From: an uncultured Collinsella sp.
Lineage (GTDB): Bacteria; Actinomycetota; Coriobacteriia; Coriobacteriales; Coriobacteriaceae
Direction: 5' to 3'
Assembly (NCBI GenBank): GCA_900551015.1
Contig: URUI01000001.1
Coordinates: 400-64,399, forward strand
DNA length: 64,000 nt
In this document: in pieces, positions 1-9,650 of the stretch
Layout of the letters: every line of letters begins with the position of its first letter
How positions within the stretch are numbered: position 1 is the stretch's first letter
Made by a program: the position numbers and the translations under genes
The notes under the pieces: generated by a model
What the model was told of the DNA's origin: nothing
What the model saw: the letters and a program-made list of their open reading frames with translations, nothing else
Databases searched by the model: none

Positions 1-1743
1 GCGGATGACCTTACCGCCGGAACCGATGACGTCGCGGATCTTGTCGGTCGGAACCTGGATGGAAACGATGCGCGGAGCAGTGCTGCGCGTGGTGTGGCGC
101 GGCTCGGGGATCACATCGAGCATCTTCTGCAGGATGAAGGCGCGACCCTCCTTGGCCTGCTGCAGAGCGCGGGCCAGGATGTCGAAGGTGAGGCCGGTGG
201 CCTTGTTGTCCATCTGCAGGGCGGTGATGCCCTCGGTGGTGCCGGTGACCTTAAAGTCCATGTCGCCAAGGAAGTCCTCGAGACCCTGGATGTCGGACAG
301 GACCACGGTCTTGCCCTCCTCCTGGATCAGGCCCATGGCGATACCGGAGACCGGGCGCTTAATGGGCACGCCGCCGTCCATAAGGGCGAGCGTGGAGCCG
401 CAGGTCGAGGCCATCGAAGAGGAGCCGTTGGACTCCATGACCTCGGAGACCACGCGGATGGCGTAGGGGAACTCGTTCTCGTCGGGGAGCACCGGAAGCA
501 AAGCGCGCTCGGCCAGGTTGCCGTGGCCGATCTCGCGGCGCTTGGGGCTGCCCATGCGGCCGGTCTCGCCGGTGCAGAACGGCGGGAAGTTGTAGTGGTG
601 CATGTAGCGCTTGCCCTCGGTGGGCTCGATGGTATCCAGACGCTGGCCCTCGTTGAGCATACCGAGCGACAGGACGGAAAGCACCTGGGTCTGGCCACGC
701 TGGAACAGACCGGAGCCGTGAACGAGCGGCAGGTAGTTATCCTTCACCATGATGGGGCGAATCTCATCGGCGGCACGGCCGTCGACGCGCTCGCCGGTCT
801 CGACGACCATGGTACGCATAGCCTTCTTCTCGAGCTTCTTGAGCGCCACGGGGATCTCGCGCTCCCAAGCGGCCTGCTCCTCCTCGGTGAACTCGGCACG
901 GATGGACTCCTTCAGAGCCTCGACCTTACCGATACGGGAGAGCTTGTCGGCGTCGCGAAGGGCGGCGGCCATCTCGTCGTAGTGGGCGAAGATGCGCTCC
1001 TGGACCTCCTCGACGGGCTGGTCGAGCGGGTACTCCTTCTTGACGATGGCGCCATTGACCTGCTCCCACTCGGCAACGAACTCGTCCTGGGCCTGGCAGA
1101 AGGCGGCAAGGGCTTCCTGGCCAAACTTCATGGCGGCGAGCATGTCGTCCTCGGAGATCTCCTCGGCGCCGGCCTCGACCATCGAGATGAAGTCGGCAGA
1201 GCCGCCCAGCTCCAGGTCCAGATCGGAGTTCTCGCGCTCCTCATAGGTGGGGTTAACGATAAACTCGCCGGTCTCCACGTTGCGGCCGATGCGCACGCAG
1301 GCAAGCGGGCCCTCGAAGGGCACGCCGCCGAGCGTCATGGCCAGGGAAGCACCCATGACGTTGATGACGTCAAAGGGGTTGACCTGGTCGGCGACGAGCG
1401 AGGTAGCGACGATGTGCACCTCGTTGCGGAAGCCGTCCGGGAAGCTCGGGCGAATCGGACGGTCGATCATGCGCGCGGTGAGCGTGGCCTTCTCGCTGGG
1501 ACGGCCCTCACGCTTGAGGTAGCCACCCGGGATGCGGCCGGCTGCGTACATCTTCTCGTTGAAGTCGACGGTCAGCGGGAAAAAGTCGTAGTTCTTGCGC
1601 TCCTTGGAGACAACCACGGTGTCGAGCATCGTGGTGTCGCCCTGCTTGACCAGGCAGGCGCCGGTGGCCTGCTTGGCAAGCTCGCCCGACTCAAAGGTGT
1701 AGGTCTTGCCGTACAGCTCAAAGGTCTTGGATACGAGTGTCAT
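1..1743 (-). CDS. pnp: Polynucleotide phosphorylase (PNPase), N-terminal ~580 aa; the 3' end runs past the window start
   Basis: Reverse translation from the ATG at 1743 reads MTLVSKTFELYGKTYTFESGELAKQATGACLVKQGDTT..., a typical PNPase N-terminus. A GGAGAA RBS lies 3 nt upstream. No stop codon occurs before coordinate 1, which is why this gene is absent from the ORF track. Confidence 0.9.
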   Translation of the reverse strand, partial: MTLVSKTFELYGKTYTFESGELAKQATGACLVKQGDTTMLDTVVVSKERKNYDFFPLTVDFNEKMYAAGRIPGGYLKREGRPSEKATLTARMIDRPIRPSFPDGFRNEVHIVATSLVADQVNPFDVINVMGASLAMTLGGVPFEGPLACVRIGRNVETGEFIVNPTYEERENSDLDLELGGSADFISMVEAGAEEISEDDMLAAMKFGQEALAAFCQAQDEFVAEWEQVNGAIVKKEYPLDQPVEEVQERIFAHYDEMAAALRDADKLSRIGKVEALKESIRAEFTEEEQAAWEREIPVALKKLEKKAMRTMVVETGERVDGRAADEIRPIMVKDNYLPLVHGSGLFQRGQTQVLSVLSLGMLNEGQRLDTIEPTEGKRYMHHYNFPPFCTGETGRMGSPKRREIGHGNLAERALLPVLPDENEFPYAIRVVSEVMESNGSSSMASTCGSTLALMDGGVPIKRPVSGIAMGLIQEEGKTVVLSDIQGLEDFLGDMDFKVTGTTEGITALQMDNKATGLTFDILARALQQAKEGRAFILQKMLDVIPEPRHTTRSTAPRIVSIQVPTDKIRDVIGSGGKVIR

Positions 1744-1845
1744 TGTTCTCCTTTACCCCGCAGGCCCCTTGCCTGCAGGCTCCTCATGTGACGCGGGCCC
1801 CCTGCCCCCGCCACGCTTCAGAGCGTGATTGTTCACGCCCTTACA

Positions 1846-1879
1846 CAAAAAGAGCGCCCCGCTGCGCAGGACGCTCCTT
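1846..1879 (-). terminator. GC-rich hairpin followed by UUUUUGUG between rpsO and pnp; rpsO terminator and/or pnp leader hairpin
   Basis: The minus-strand RNA reads GGAGCGUCCUGCGCAGCGGGGCGCUCUUUUUGUG, beginning 14 nt after the rpsO stop. Confidence 0.4.
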
Positions 1880-1892
1880 GCATGTACAAATC

Positions 1893-2171
1893 CTACTGGA
1901 TGTTGTCGCGGATGCCCAGAGCCTTGATGAGCTCACGGTACTCGACGATGTCGTTCTTCTTGATGTAGGAGAGAAGACGACGACGACGGCCGACGAGCAT
2001 GAGCAGGCCACGACGGGTGTGGAAGTCCTTCTGGTGGGACTTCATGTGCTCGGTCAGCTCCTTGATGCGCTCGGTCAGGATGGCGACCTGAACCTTGGGG
2101 TTGCCGGTATCGACCGGGGTGTTACCGAACTGGGCAGTCAGCTCCGCCTTGCGCTCTTTGGAAACAGTCAT
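1893..2171 (-). CDS. rpsO: 30S ribosomal protein S15
   Basis: MTVSKERKAELTAQFGNTPVDTGNPKVQVAILTERIKELTEHMKSHQKDFHTRRGLLMLVGRRRRLL... is a classic S15. I chose the internal ATG at 2171, which has an AAAGGTGA RBS. The track ORF extends 32 codons further upstream with no RBS. Confidence 0.92.
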   Translation of the reverse strand: MTVSKERKAELTAQFGNTPVDTGNPKVQVAILTERIKELTEHMKSHQKDFHTRRGLLMLVGRRRRLLSYIKKNDIVEYRELIKALGIRDNIQ

Positions 2172-2309
2172 TGTTTCACCTTTCGTTTTGCGTCGCCCAC
2201 GGGCGACTCGATTCGCCTCGGACTGGGAGGCCGCCGGTGGAGCGAGCAACCAAGGTCGAGGTACCAACAGGTCAGTATGTTACCACAAGCAGACCGCCCA
2301 TGCGCATCA

Positions 2310-3059
2310 TCACCGACCCAACATGAATTCCATCGCACGGAGGCGCTGGTCGGTATGCGTCGCCGCCCACACATGCGAAAGCCCGAGCAAAAAAGCTGCT
2401 GTATGGGGGTCGATCCTCTCGGTCATAAGCACATCGAAGGTCATGGACATGAGGGCGCGCAGCCACGCGACCTCACCGGTCGACACCAGCTCAGCACCCG
2501 GAACGCTCGACGCGCACGACCCGCACATGAGACCGCCCGCCTGGGGCGAAAAATACGACAGCATGGGGTCTCCGCACAGCACGCAGGCCGAAAAATCGGG
2601 TCGATAGCCAACGTGCGACAGCAGCTTAAAGACATATGCCGCCACAAGTAGATCCATATGCGCCGCGTCGAGCCCGCTGCCCACCAGGGCAAGCGCTCGC
2701 TGCGTTATGGCAAAGGTAAACGGGTCCTCGGCGTCCTCGAACGAGCACACGCGCGCGACCTCGGCGATCGCGCTTGCGGCGCATGTCATCTCGTAATCGG
2801 GAGCAGCGCCGAGCGGCGCCTCCATAAGCTCGGCCTGGGAAACCACGTCGAGCGACCGTCCATGCGCAAGCAGCAGATCAACGGTACAGAACATCTCGCA
2901 GCGCGCAGCCAGGCGTCCGCCGGGTTTGCGGGCGCCCTTTGCCACGGCACGAACCTGCCGACCCCGCTCGTCAAGCATCGTCAGGATCAGGTCCGTCTCT
3001 TTGAGCTTCGTCTTATCGAGCACGAGCACTTTCGTGCGATATGTACGAGAACCTGCCAT
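2310..3059 (-). CDS. recO: DNA repair protein RecO
   Basis: 249 aa. An N-terminal OB-fold-like region is followed by the C4 zinc motif CVLCGD...CGSC that is typical of RecO. The position directly downstream of era matches the conserved era-recO arrangement. Confidence 0.85.
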   Translation of the reverse strand: MAGSRTYRTKVLVLDKTKLKETDLILTMLDERGRQVRAVAKGARKPGGRLAARCEMFCTVDLLLAHGRSLDVVSQAELMEAPLGAAPDYEMTCAASAIAEVARVCSFEDAEDPFTFAITQRALALVGSGLDAAHMDLLVAAYVFKLLSHVGYRPDFSACVLCGDPMLSYFSPQAGGLMCGSCASSVPGAELVSTGEVAWLRALMSMTFDVLMTERIDPHTAAFLLGLSHVWAATHTDQRLRAMEFMLGR

Positions 3060-3074
3060 TCGCGCCGCGTGTCC

Positions 3075-4142
3075 CTAATCCTCGGCGTTATAGCCAAAGC
3101 GGCGAATCTGGGCCTCGTCGTCACGCCAGCCGGCCTTGACCTTCACGTCCAGCTCCAAAAAGACCTGGGTGCCAAAGATGCGCTCAAGGTCGCGACGGGC
3201 GTCAATGCCGATATGTTTGATCATCTCGCCGCCCTTGCCGATGATGATGCCCTTTTGGCCCTCGCGCTCGACGTAAATGGTGGCGTGCACGCGCAGCACC
3301 TTCTTGGTCTGCTCAAGCGCATCGCAAATCACGCCCACGGAGTGCGGGATCTCATCACGGGTGCGGCGCAAGACCTTCTCGCGCACAAACTCGGCAACGA
3401 GCGTCTCATCGGAAGCGTCGGTACCCATGTCCTCGGGGAACCAACGCGGACCCTCGGGCAAAAAGTGCGCAACGGTCTCGATGAAGGCATCGACGTTAAA
3501 GTTCTTGACCGACGACGTCACGATCTCGTCGTCATATTCCATAAGCTCGTGGGCGGCCTTAAGCTGCTCCATGACCTGTGCGGGGTCGGCTTCATCGGCC
3601 TTGGTGAGCACCAGGACCTTCTTGGAACGGGCATTCTTGACACGCTCGGCAACCCAGGCGTCTCCCCTGCCGATCGGTTTAGTGGCATCAATCAAAAACG
3701 CGACAACATCGACATCGTTCAGCTCGAACAGCGCGCTCTTGTTGAGCTCGGACCCAAGACCGTCCTTGGGCTTGTGGATACCCGGGGTATCGACAAAGAC
3801 CAGCTGGTAGCCGGGGCGGTTGACGACGGCGCGCATGCGACGGCGGGTCGTCTGGGCCACCGGCGAGGTGATGGCGACCTTTTTGCCATAGCAGGCGTTG
3901 AGCAGCGTTGACTTACCGGCGTTGGGGCGGCCGACCAAGGCCACGAAGCCACTGCGGAAACCGGGCTCAACGTCGCCAAAGCCCGCGAGGCTGTCGTCCT
4001 CGTCGCACAGGGCGTCGAGTTCCTCGTCGCTCATGCCCTCAAACGGGTCGAACTCCTCGGCTTCCTCATAGGCCTCGGTCGCCTTAGCATCCGGGGACTC
4101 GTCGTCCAAAATTTCATCGATAGGCTGCATATTGTCGGACAA
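3075..4142 (-). CDS. era: GTPase Era with an unusual ~55-aa acidic N-terminal extension
   Basis: The G1 motif GRPNAGKST, DTPG, TKAD and a C-terminal KH domain (IIGKGGEMIK) are all present. The start is a TTG preceded by an AAGGGA RBS. Confidence 0.9.
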   Translation of the reverse strand: MSDNMQPIDEILDDESPDAKATEAYEEAEEFDPFEGMSDEELDALCDEDDSLAGFGDVEPGFRSGFVALVGRPNAGKSTLLNACYGKKVAITSPVAQTTRRRMRAVVNRPGYQLVFVDTPGIHKPKDGLGSELNKSALFELNDVDVVAFLIDATKPIGRGDAWVAERVKNARSKKVLVLTKADEADPAQVMEQLKAAHELMEYDDEIVTSSVKNFNVDAFIETVAHFLPEGPRWFPEDMGTDASDETLVAEFVREKVLRRTRDEIPHSVGVICDALEQTKKVLRVHATIYVEREGQKGIIIGKGGEMIKHIGIDARRDLERIFGTQVFLELDVKVKAGWRDDEAQIRRFGYNAED

Positions 4143-4154
4143 GGGAATCCCTTT

Positions 4155-4532
4155 CTAAATAAAGCCGAGCGCGTGGGCAAATACCAGCAAGCCCACAATC
4201 GCGGCGGTGATTGAAAGTACGTATACCGAGGCGGCGGCGATGTCCTTGGCGCGTTTTGCCAGCGGATGGAGCTCCTGGGTCGCCAGATCGACAATGGCCT
4301 CCATGGCGGTATTGCACAGCTCGCCGTGAATCACCAGGCCGCAGCAGATGATAATCGTGGCCCACTCGGCAATGTCGAGCCCCACGATGCAGCCGGCAAT
4401 GATGGTGCACACGCCCGCTACGAGCATAACCTTAATGTTGCGCTCGGTCTTGACGGCGGTGACGAAGCCCTCCATGGCGTAGGAGAACGACTTTAAAAAG
4501 GACGGATGGTCCTTGTTCGATCCGGGAATCAT
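4155..4532 (-). CDS. dgkA: Diacylglycerol / undecaprenol kinase, DgkA family
   Basis: A 125-aa, three-TM protein. The motifs SFSYAMEGF...ERN are typical of DgkA. The position between ybeY and era is conserved. Confidence 0.85.
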   Translation of the reverse strand: MIPGSNKDHPSFLKSFSYAMEGFVTAVKTERNIKVMLVAGVCTIIAGCIVGLDIAEWATIIICCGLVIHGELCNTAMEAIVDLATQELHPLAKRAKDIAAASVYVLSITAAIVGLLVFAHALGFI

Positions 4533-4541
4533 AAGCGGCTC

Positions 4542-5051
4542 CTAGTCGTGGGCATGATTGGTGATGGGGCCGACGTGAACGAGTTTGGGGTCCTCGCCGC
4601 GCTCGAGCGCCAGATCGCGCAGGATAGCGTCCTCGCGGGCCTCCATGACCTCGGCCTCGTCGTCCTCGATATGGTCATACCCCAGCAGGTGTAGCATGCC
4701 GTGTACGAGCATCAGGCGGCACTCGTCGGCAGGGCTATTGCCAAAGCCGGGGGCCTGACGGGCAATGACCTGCGGGGCCAAGATGATATCGCCGAGCTCG
4801 AGCGTCTCGTCGGCGGGAATATCCTCGTCAAAGGCCGAGTCGCATTCAAACGAGAGCACATCGGTGGTGCGGTCGATGCCACGCCACTCGTGGTTGAGCT
4901 CGTGCATCTCGTCCTCGTCGACATACGAAAGGGAAATCTCGACTTCACGTTCAACGCCCTCGGCGGCAAGCACAACCTCGCAGATGTGCTCCACCTCCTG
5001 CGCGTCGAGCAGCGTATCGAGCTCAGCATCGTTGCTGATCAATACACTCAA
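4542..5051 (-). CDS. ybeY: rRNA maturation endoribonuclease YbeY
   Basis: It contains the zinc motif HGMLHLLGYDH. The start is TTG, and the gene overlaps the phoH stop by 4 nt. Confidence 0.9.
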   Translation of the reverse strand: MSVLISNDAELDTLLDAQEVEHICEVVLAAEGVEREVEISLSYVDEDEMHELNHEWRGIDRTTDVLSFECDSAFDEDIPADETLELGDIILAPQVIARQAPGFGNSPADECRLMLVHGMLHLLGYDHIEDDEAEVMEAREDAILRDLALERGEDPKLVHVGPITNHAHD

Positions 5052-6034
5052 CGGGACTCCTTTCGGTCGCGCGAGCGCTGCTCGCGCACGTCATCATAAG
5101 CATCATATGCCTCAACGATACGACCCACTAGGGCATGGCGCACCACGTCGGCGCGCTCCAGGTGTGCAAACGCCACATCGTCGACACGGCCCAAAATCTT
5201 CTCAACATCCGCCAAGCCACCACGACGACCCACCAGGTCGCGCTGGCTGAGGTCGCCGGTAATCACGAACTTGGAGTTGAATCCAAGGCGTGTCAGGAAC
5301 ATCTTCATCTGCTCGGGCGTAGTATTTTGCGCCTCGTCGAGCACCACGAAAGCATCGCTCAGCGTACGACCGCGCATATAGGCAAGCGGGGCGATCTCGA
5401 TCACGCCGCGCTCCATAAGCTCATCGGTGCGCTCGCGATCCATCATGTCAAAAAGGGCGTCGTAGAGCGGACGCATGTACGGATCGATCTTTTCCTCGAG
5501 GGTGCCAGGCAAAAAGCCCAGGTTCTCCCCCGCCTCGACAACAGGACGCGTCAAGATCAAACGGCCCACCTCATGGCGCTTGAGCGCGGCAACGGCGAGC
5601 GCCATGGCCAGATAGGTCTTACCGGTACCGGCAGGACCCAAGCCAAAGGTGATGGTATGCGAGCGAATGGCATCCACATAGCGCTTTTGCCCGAGCGTCT
5701 TGGGGCGAATGACGCGACCGCGATACGAAAGCAGCACGTCATCGCGAAGCGACGTAGCCTCGTGCTCACCATCGCGCAAGACGGCCAGGCAGCGAGAGAC
5801 ATCGTCGGCAGACAGGGTACGACCGGCCGCCGCCTCGCGAAAAGCATGTTCGAAAAAGCGAGCCACGAGTTCGACCTCGTCCGGGTCACCGCTCACGGCG
5901 ATGCAATCGCCACGGGCGACCACATGGGCGCGAACCAAGCTCTCGAGTGCACGAAGGACGCCGTCGCCGGCGCCCAAAACGCACGAGGGATCAATTCCCT
6001 CGGGAACGGTAAGTCTAATCTTCGAGGCTTCCAT
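5048..6034 (-). CDS. phoH: PhoH-like ATPase
   Basis: The Walker A motif GPAGTGKT and the PhoH signature are present. I chose the internal start MEASKIRL, about 6034 by arithmetic from the track. The track ORF extends to 6139 and would overlap mtaB by 125 nt. Confidence 0.85.
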   Translation of the reverse strand: MEASKIRLTVPEGIDPSCVLGAGDGVLRALESLVRAHVVARGDCIAVSGDPDEVELVARFFEHAFREAAAGRTLSADDVSRCLAVLRDGEHEATSLRDDVLLSYRGRVIRPKTLGQKRYVDAIRSHTITFGLGPAGTGKTYLAMALAVAALKRHEVGRLILTRPVVEAGENLGFLPGTLEEKIDPYMRPLYDALFDMMDRERTDELMERGVIEIAPLAYMRGRTLSDAFVVLDEAQNTTPEQMKMFLTRLGFNSKFVITGDLSQRDLVGRRGGLADVEKILGRVDDVAFAHLERADVVRHALVGRIVEAYDAYDDVREQRSRDRKESR

Positions 6035-7307
6035 GGACCTCCCTGCGCGCATGGACCAAGCCGGAATCATCGACTCCGATGATAGCAACATCGAGCAGGC
6101 ACGGGGCTGTAAGTCCACAGGTATCGTCAAGACGGGCATGATGGAACGAACCGAGCGTCAGGTTGTCACCATACTCGAGCACGGCACGCTCGACAGTGCC
6201 CACGCGACGACGAGCATCGGCAATAGCGAGCTCCTGCGCCGTATCTCGCATACGACGGCTGCGCTCGGCCATAACCTCGGGCGGCACCTGGTCGGGCATG
6301 TCGGCAGCAAGGGTACCGGGACGCTTGCTGTAGCGGAACACGTGCATACGCGAGAAACCCACACGGCGGCACAGCGCCAGCGACTCCTCGAACTCCTCGT
6401 CCGTCTCACCAGGAAAACCGACGATGACATCGCACGAAAGAGACGCCTGGGGCAAGTTGGCGCGAATCATACGCACCGTGTCCTCAAAGGCCTCCGCGCT
6501 ATAGGGACGACCCATGCGATGCAGGGTCGCCGTACAGCCGGACTGCACGGGCAGGTGCAAAAACGGGGCGATACGCTGCGGATAGCGCGCCATAACCTTA
6601 AGCAGGCGCTCAGAGATATCCATGGGCTCGACCGAGGAAATGCGCACATGCGCAATAGTCGTGCGCTCCATGATGGCCTCGAGCAGCTCATCGATTTCGA
6701 CATGCTCGTCGGTCGCGCTCTTGCCATCGTAGGCACCCAGGTTCACACCGGTCAGCACCACCTCGGGCACGCCGGCCTCCTGGGCCTCGCGAACTTGTTC
6801 AAGCACGGACTCGACGGGCACGGAGCGCTCGGGGCCGCGCGCCTTCCACACAATGCAATAGGTGCAGCGATGGTTGCAGCCGTCCTGGATCTTCACGCCC
6901 AGGCGAGAGCGACCGAGCGCATCGACCACCTCGCCATCGCTGCAGGCGGGAACGCTATCGGACTCAACGCCCAGCACCTCGCAGACACGTTCGGCGACAT
7001 CAATCTTGGACGGCTCGGCGATCACGCGATCCGAGAGCTCCAACAGCTCCTCGGGATGCAAATTGACCACGCAACCGGTCACGAGCACATAAGGCTCGTT
7101 TGGATGGGCCAGCGCATGACGGACGGCCTTGCGGGTCTTAGCCTCGGCCTCGCCCGTCACGGCACAGGTATTGATTACGATCAGATCGGCATCCTGGGGC
7201 TCCACAATAGCAAAGCCCAGGCGCATAAGATCGGCAGTGATACGGTCAGACTCAACCCGGTTGACGCGGCAGCCGAGGTTGACAACAGAGATATGGGGTG
7301 CGAGCAC
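6015..7307 (-). CDS. mtaB: Radical-SAM methylthiotransferase of the MtaB/YqeV type (MiaB family); no obvious TRAM domain
   Basis: An N-terminal MTTase domain (NLGCRVN...INTCAVT) is followed by the radical-SAM motif CNHRCTYC. The position between dnaJ and phoH matches yqeV of Bacillus. Confidence 0.8.
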   Translation of the reverse strand: MLAPHISVVNLGCRVNRVESDRITADLMRLGFAIVEPQDADLIVINTCAVTGEAEAKTRKAVRHALAHPNEPYVLVTGCVVNLHPEELLELSDRVIAEPSKIDVAERVCEVLGVESDSVPACSDGEVVDALGRSRLGVKIQDGCNHRCTYCIVWKARGPERSVPVESVLEQVREAQEAGVPEVVLTGVNLGAYDGKSATDEHVEIDELLEAIMERTTIAHVRISSVEPMDISERLLKVMARYPQRIAPFLHLPVQSGCTATLHRMGRPYSAEAFEDTVRMIRANLPQASLSCDVIVGFPGETDEEFEESLALCRRVGFSRMHVFRYSKRPGTLAADMPDQVPPEVMAERSRRMRDTAQELAIADARRRVGTVERAVLEYGDNLTLGSFHHARLDDTCGLTAPCLLDVAIIGVDDSGLVHARREVHGSLED

Positions 7308-7316
7308 GCGGGCTCC

Positions 7317-8465
7317 TTAATCGAGGATGTCGTCGAGGGCACTCTTGATGCGATCGGTAACCGATTTCTTGCCGGGAGCGACGTCGTCGCCGGACTCGGC
7401 GGCGAAGGCCTCGAGCAGGTCGCGCTGCTTGGCCGAAAGGCTCGTGGGAACGAGCACGCGCAGCTGAACGACCAGGCGGCCACGCGAGCCGCCACCGCCA
7501 ATGCGGGGCATGCCGAAGTTACCGACGCTCACGGTGTCGCCGTACTGCGTGCCGGCGGGGACCGTGACCTTAACGACCTCGTCAGGCATAATGCCCTCGA
7601 CCTCGATCTCGCAGCCGAGAGCCGCCTGCGCAATCGAGATATCGCTCACGAGGTACAGGTCGTCGCCGTTGCGCTTAAAGCGCTCGTGGTCGGCGACGCG
7701 AACGTTGACGATCAGGTCGCCCGAGGGCTCGCCGCGAAGGCCGGCCTCGCCAAAGCCGCTCACGCGCAGCTGGCGGCCGGTCGAAACGCCGGCGGGAATA
7801 TCGATGTCGATCTTTTCGTGGGAAGGCGTGCGGCCCTGACCATCGCAGGTCTCGCAGGGATGATCGATGACCGTGCCCTCGCCGTGGCAGTCGGGGCAAG
7901 GCGAAGAGGACTGGACCTGGCCCAAGAACGAACGCTGGACCGTCGTGACATAGCCCGTGCCGTGGCAACGGCTGCACTGCTTTTCCTGTGCACCCTCGGC
8001 CCTACCGGTACCGTTGCAGTCCTCGCAAGGAGCAAGGCGATCATAGCTGATCGTCTTTTTGCAGCCGAGCGCCGCCTCCTCGAGCGTCACCGAAAGCGAG
8101 ATGGCCATGTCACGTCCGCGACGACGCTCACGACGGCTGCGGGCACCACCACCGGCACCGCCGCCAAAAAACGACGAGAACAGGTCGTCCATGCCCATGC
8201 CACCAAAGATATCGTTGATGTCGACATAGCCCGAACCACCAGGGCCGTCCGCGGTGCCGTAGCGGTCGTAGTTTGAACGCTTCTGCTCATCGGAAAGAAC
8301 GGAATATGCCTCGTTGAGCTCTTTGAACTTGGCCTCGGCCTCGGGGTCGTCCGAAACGTCCGGGTGTACGGTACGGGCCTTCTTTAGAAACGCGCGCTTA
8401 ATCGTCCGCGCGTCGGCATCCTTTTCGACGCCAAGTACCTCGTAGTAATCCCTATTTTCCGACAC
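7317..8465 (-). CDS. dnaJ: Chaperone DnaJ, canonical type I
   Basis: It has a J domain (YYEVLGV...HPD), a G/F-rich region, 4x CxxCxGxG zinc fingers and C-terminal CTD I/II. I chose the GTG start (VSENRDYYEV) with a GGAAGGA RBS. The track ORF extends 22 codons upstream. Confidence 0.85.
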   Translation of the reverse strand: MSENRDYYEVLGVEKDADARTIKRAFLKKARTVHPDVSDDPEAEAKFKELNEAYSVLSDEQKRSNYDRYGTADGPGGSGYVDINDIFGGMGMDDLFSSFFGGGAGGGARSRRERRRGRDMAISLSVTLEEAALGCKKTISYDRLAPCEDCNGTGRAEGAQEKQCSRCHGTGYVTTVQRSFLGQVQSSSPCPDCHGEGTVIDHPCETCDGQGRTPSHEKIDIDIPAGVSTGRQLRVSGFGEAGLRGEPSGDLIVNVRVADHERFKRNGDDLYLVSDISIAQAALGCEIEVEGIMPDEVVKVTVPAGTQYGDTVSVGNFGMPRIGGGGSRGRLVVQLRVLVPTSLSAKQRDLLEAFAAESGDDVAPGKKSVTDRIKSALDDILD

Positions 8466-8546
8466 GACCGAATCCTTCCGACTTTCATTATTGTCACAGT
8501 GCGTCCTATACCCAAGCTGGGGCGGCCGCAAACAGAGGGTTTGATG

Positions 8547-9650
8547 TTAGTACATTCCGTACGGCGAAAGCATGGCACGCTGCGAGCAGCTCGCAAACCA
8601 AACCGACACGAGTGCGAACATGAAGCCGTTGGCAAAACCGTTGGCAAACTGCATCGCGCCGCGTTTCCACCACAGCAGGCTGCGATGAAGCACGCCGTCC
8701 GAGAGCACCATGAACAGGCCCATGGCAAACGGAATAAAGCACATCATGGCAAAGGCCGAGAACACGCCCGAGATGGCCGACAGCACCAAAAACGGCGCCA
8801 CAATGCCCATCAGGTAAAAGCCAGTACGAGCTTTGCCTTCCAAGCGCTCGGCCTCAACATGGGCGCGGCCGACCAGGTCGCCGCCCGCGGCACCGTTAGT
8901 GCCTGCGTGGCCCATGCCGCTAATGCGGACCTCGTCGCCATCGTGCGTGCCGGCAGGAAACTCAATCGTCTGCTCGGAGGTCACACGGGTTCGCCCGCTG
9001 CCACCGCAATCGGGGCAGGGGTCGGCCACGACCTTACCGGAACCGCCGCACTCGGGGCAGACCGACTGGAACGTGCCCGCACCAAACAGGAAGGACAGGT
9101 CGACGTCGATGTGGCCGCGGCCACCGCAGCTCGGACAGGTGTGGGCATGCTCTGAAGAAACGGAGCCCGATCCGCCACAATGCCCGCAGGTGTCAAAGCG
9201 GGTATATCGAACGGTCTTGTGGGCACCGCTCTTGGCCTCCTTGGCGTCGAGCTTGATATCGACGACCACGTTGGCGCCGTTCTCGGGATTGTAGGCAGCC
9301 TGCCCGCGACGCTGCTGGCCCCAGGCGCCACCAAAGGGAAAGCCGCCCTCAAAGGGATTGCCATAGCCCGTGCTGCCGGCGTAGCCGCCACCATAGGGCG
9401 AAGCCGTAGGAGCACCGGCAAAGGGATTGCCAGATCGCATGGCGTCGTAGCGCGCACGTTTTTGCTCATCCGAAAGCACGGCGTAGGCCTCGGAAACCTC
9501 TTTAAACTTTTCCTCGGCATCCGGTTCTTTGTTGACGTCCGGATGGAGCTTACGGGCCTTTTGCTGGAAGGCCTTTTGAATATCACGCGAGGTGGCGTCC
9601 TTGGAGACACCCAGAATCTCGTAGTAATCTTTTTCGTTCATCGTCGCCAT
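8547..9650 (-). CDS. DnaJ-like protein: J domain, G/F region and 4x CxxCxGxG zinc finger, then a C-terminal polytopic membrane anchor in place of the peptide-binding CTDs
   Basis: The N-terminus reads [15 protein letters not shown]...HPD, and the four zinc-finger repeats are [32 protein letters not shown]. The last ~100 aa are strongly hydrophobic ([35 protein letters not shown]...[11 protein letters not shown]). I chose the ATG with an AGGAGG RBS 9 nt upstream. Confidence 0.8.
   Translation of the reverse strand: MATMNEKDYYEILGVSKDATSRDIQKAFQQKARKLHPDVNKEPDAEEKFKEVSEAYAVLSDEQKRARYDAMRSGNPFAGAPTASPYGGGYAGSTGYGNPFEGGFPFGGAWGQQRRGQAAYNPENGANVVVDIKLDAKEAKSGAHKTVRYTRFDTCGHCGGSGSVSSEHAHTCPSCGGRGHIDVDLSFLFGAGTFQSVCPECGGSGKVVADPCPDCGGSGRTRVTSEQTIEFPAGTHDGDEVRISGMGHAGTNGAAGGDLVGRAHVEAERLEGKARTGFYLMGIVAPFLVLSAISGVFSAFAMMCFIPFAMGLFMVLSDGVLHRSLLWWKRGAMQFANGFANGFMFALVSVWFASCSQRAMLSPYGMY

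Noticed and set aside
94-1791. Long plus-strand ORFs antisense to real genes (94-1791, 5700-8276 at 858 aa, 9763-10947, 10959-12008, 23660-25057, 29231-31186 minus antisense to adhE, 32079-34973 at 964 aa, 53072-54736, 54818-56326, 61558-63687 and many others)
   Set aside because: These are typical of high-GC genomes where stop codons are rare on the antisense strand. Their translations are low-complexity Ala/Arg/Gly/Val-rich with no recognisable motifs, and they lack RBSs. In every case the opposite strand carries a well-supported conserved gene.
5048-6139. Full-length track ORF for phoH (363 aa) and similar maximal ORFs for rpsO, lepA, rpsT, holA, dnaJ, dprA, lepB, yraN, rnhB, tsf, rplS, rpsP, pyrB, ispG
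   Set aside because: The longest ORF would overlap the upstream gene by tens to >100 nt or add non-conserved N-terminal residues without an RBS. Internal starts with Shine-Dalgarno motifs and conserved N-termini were preferred.
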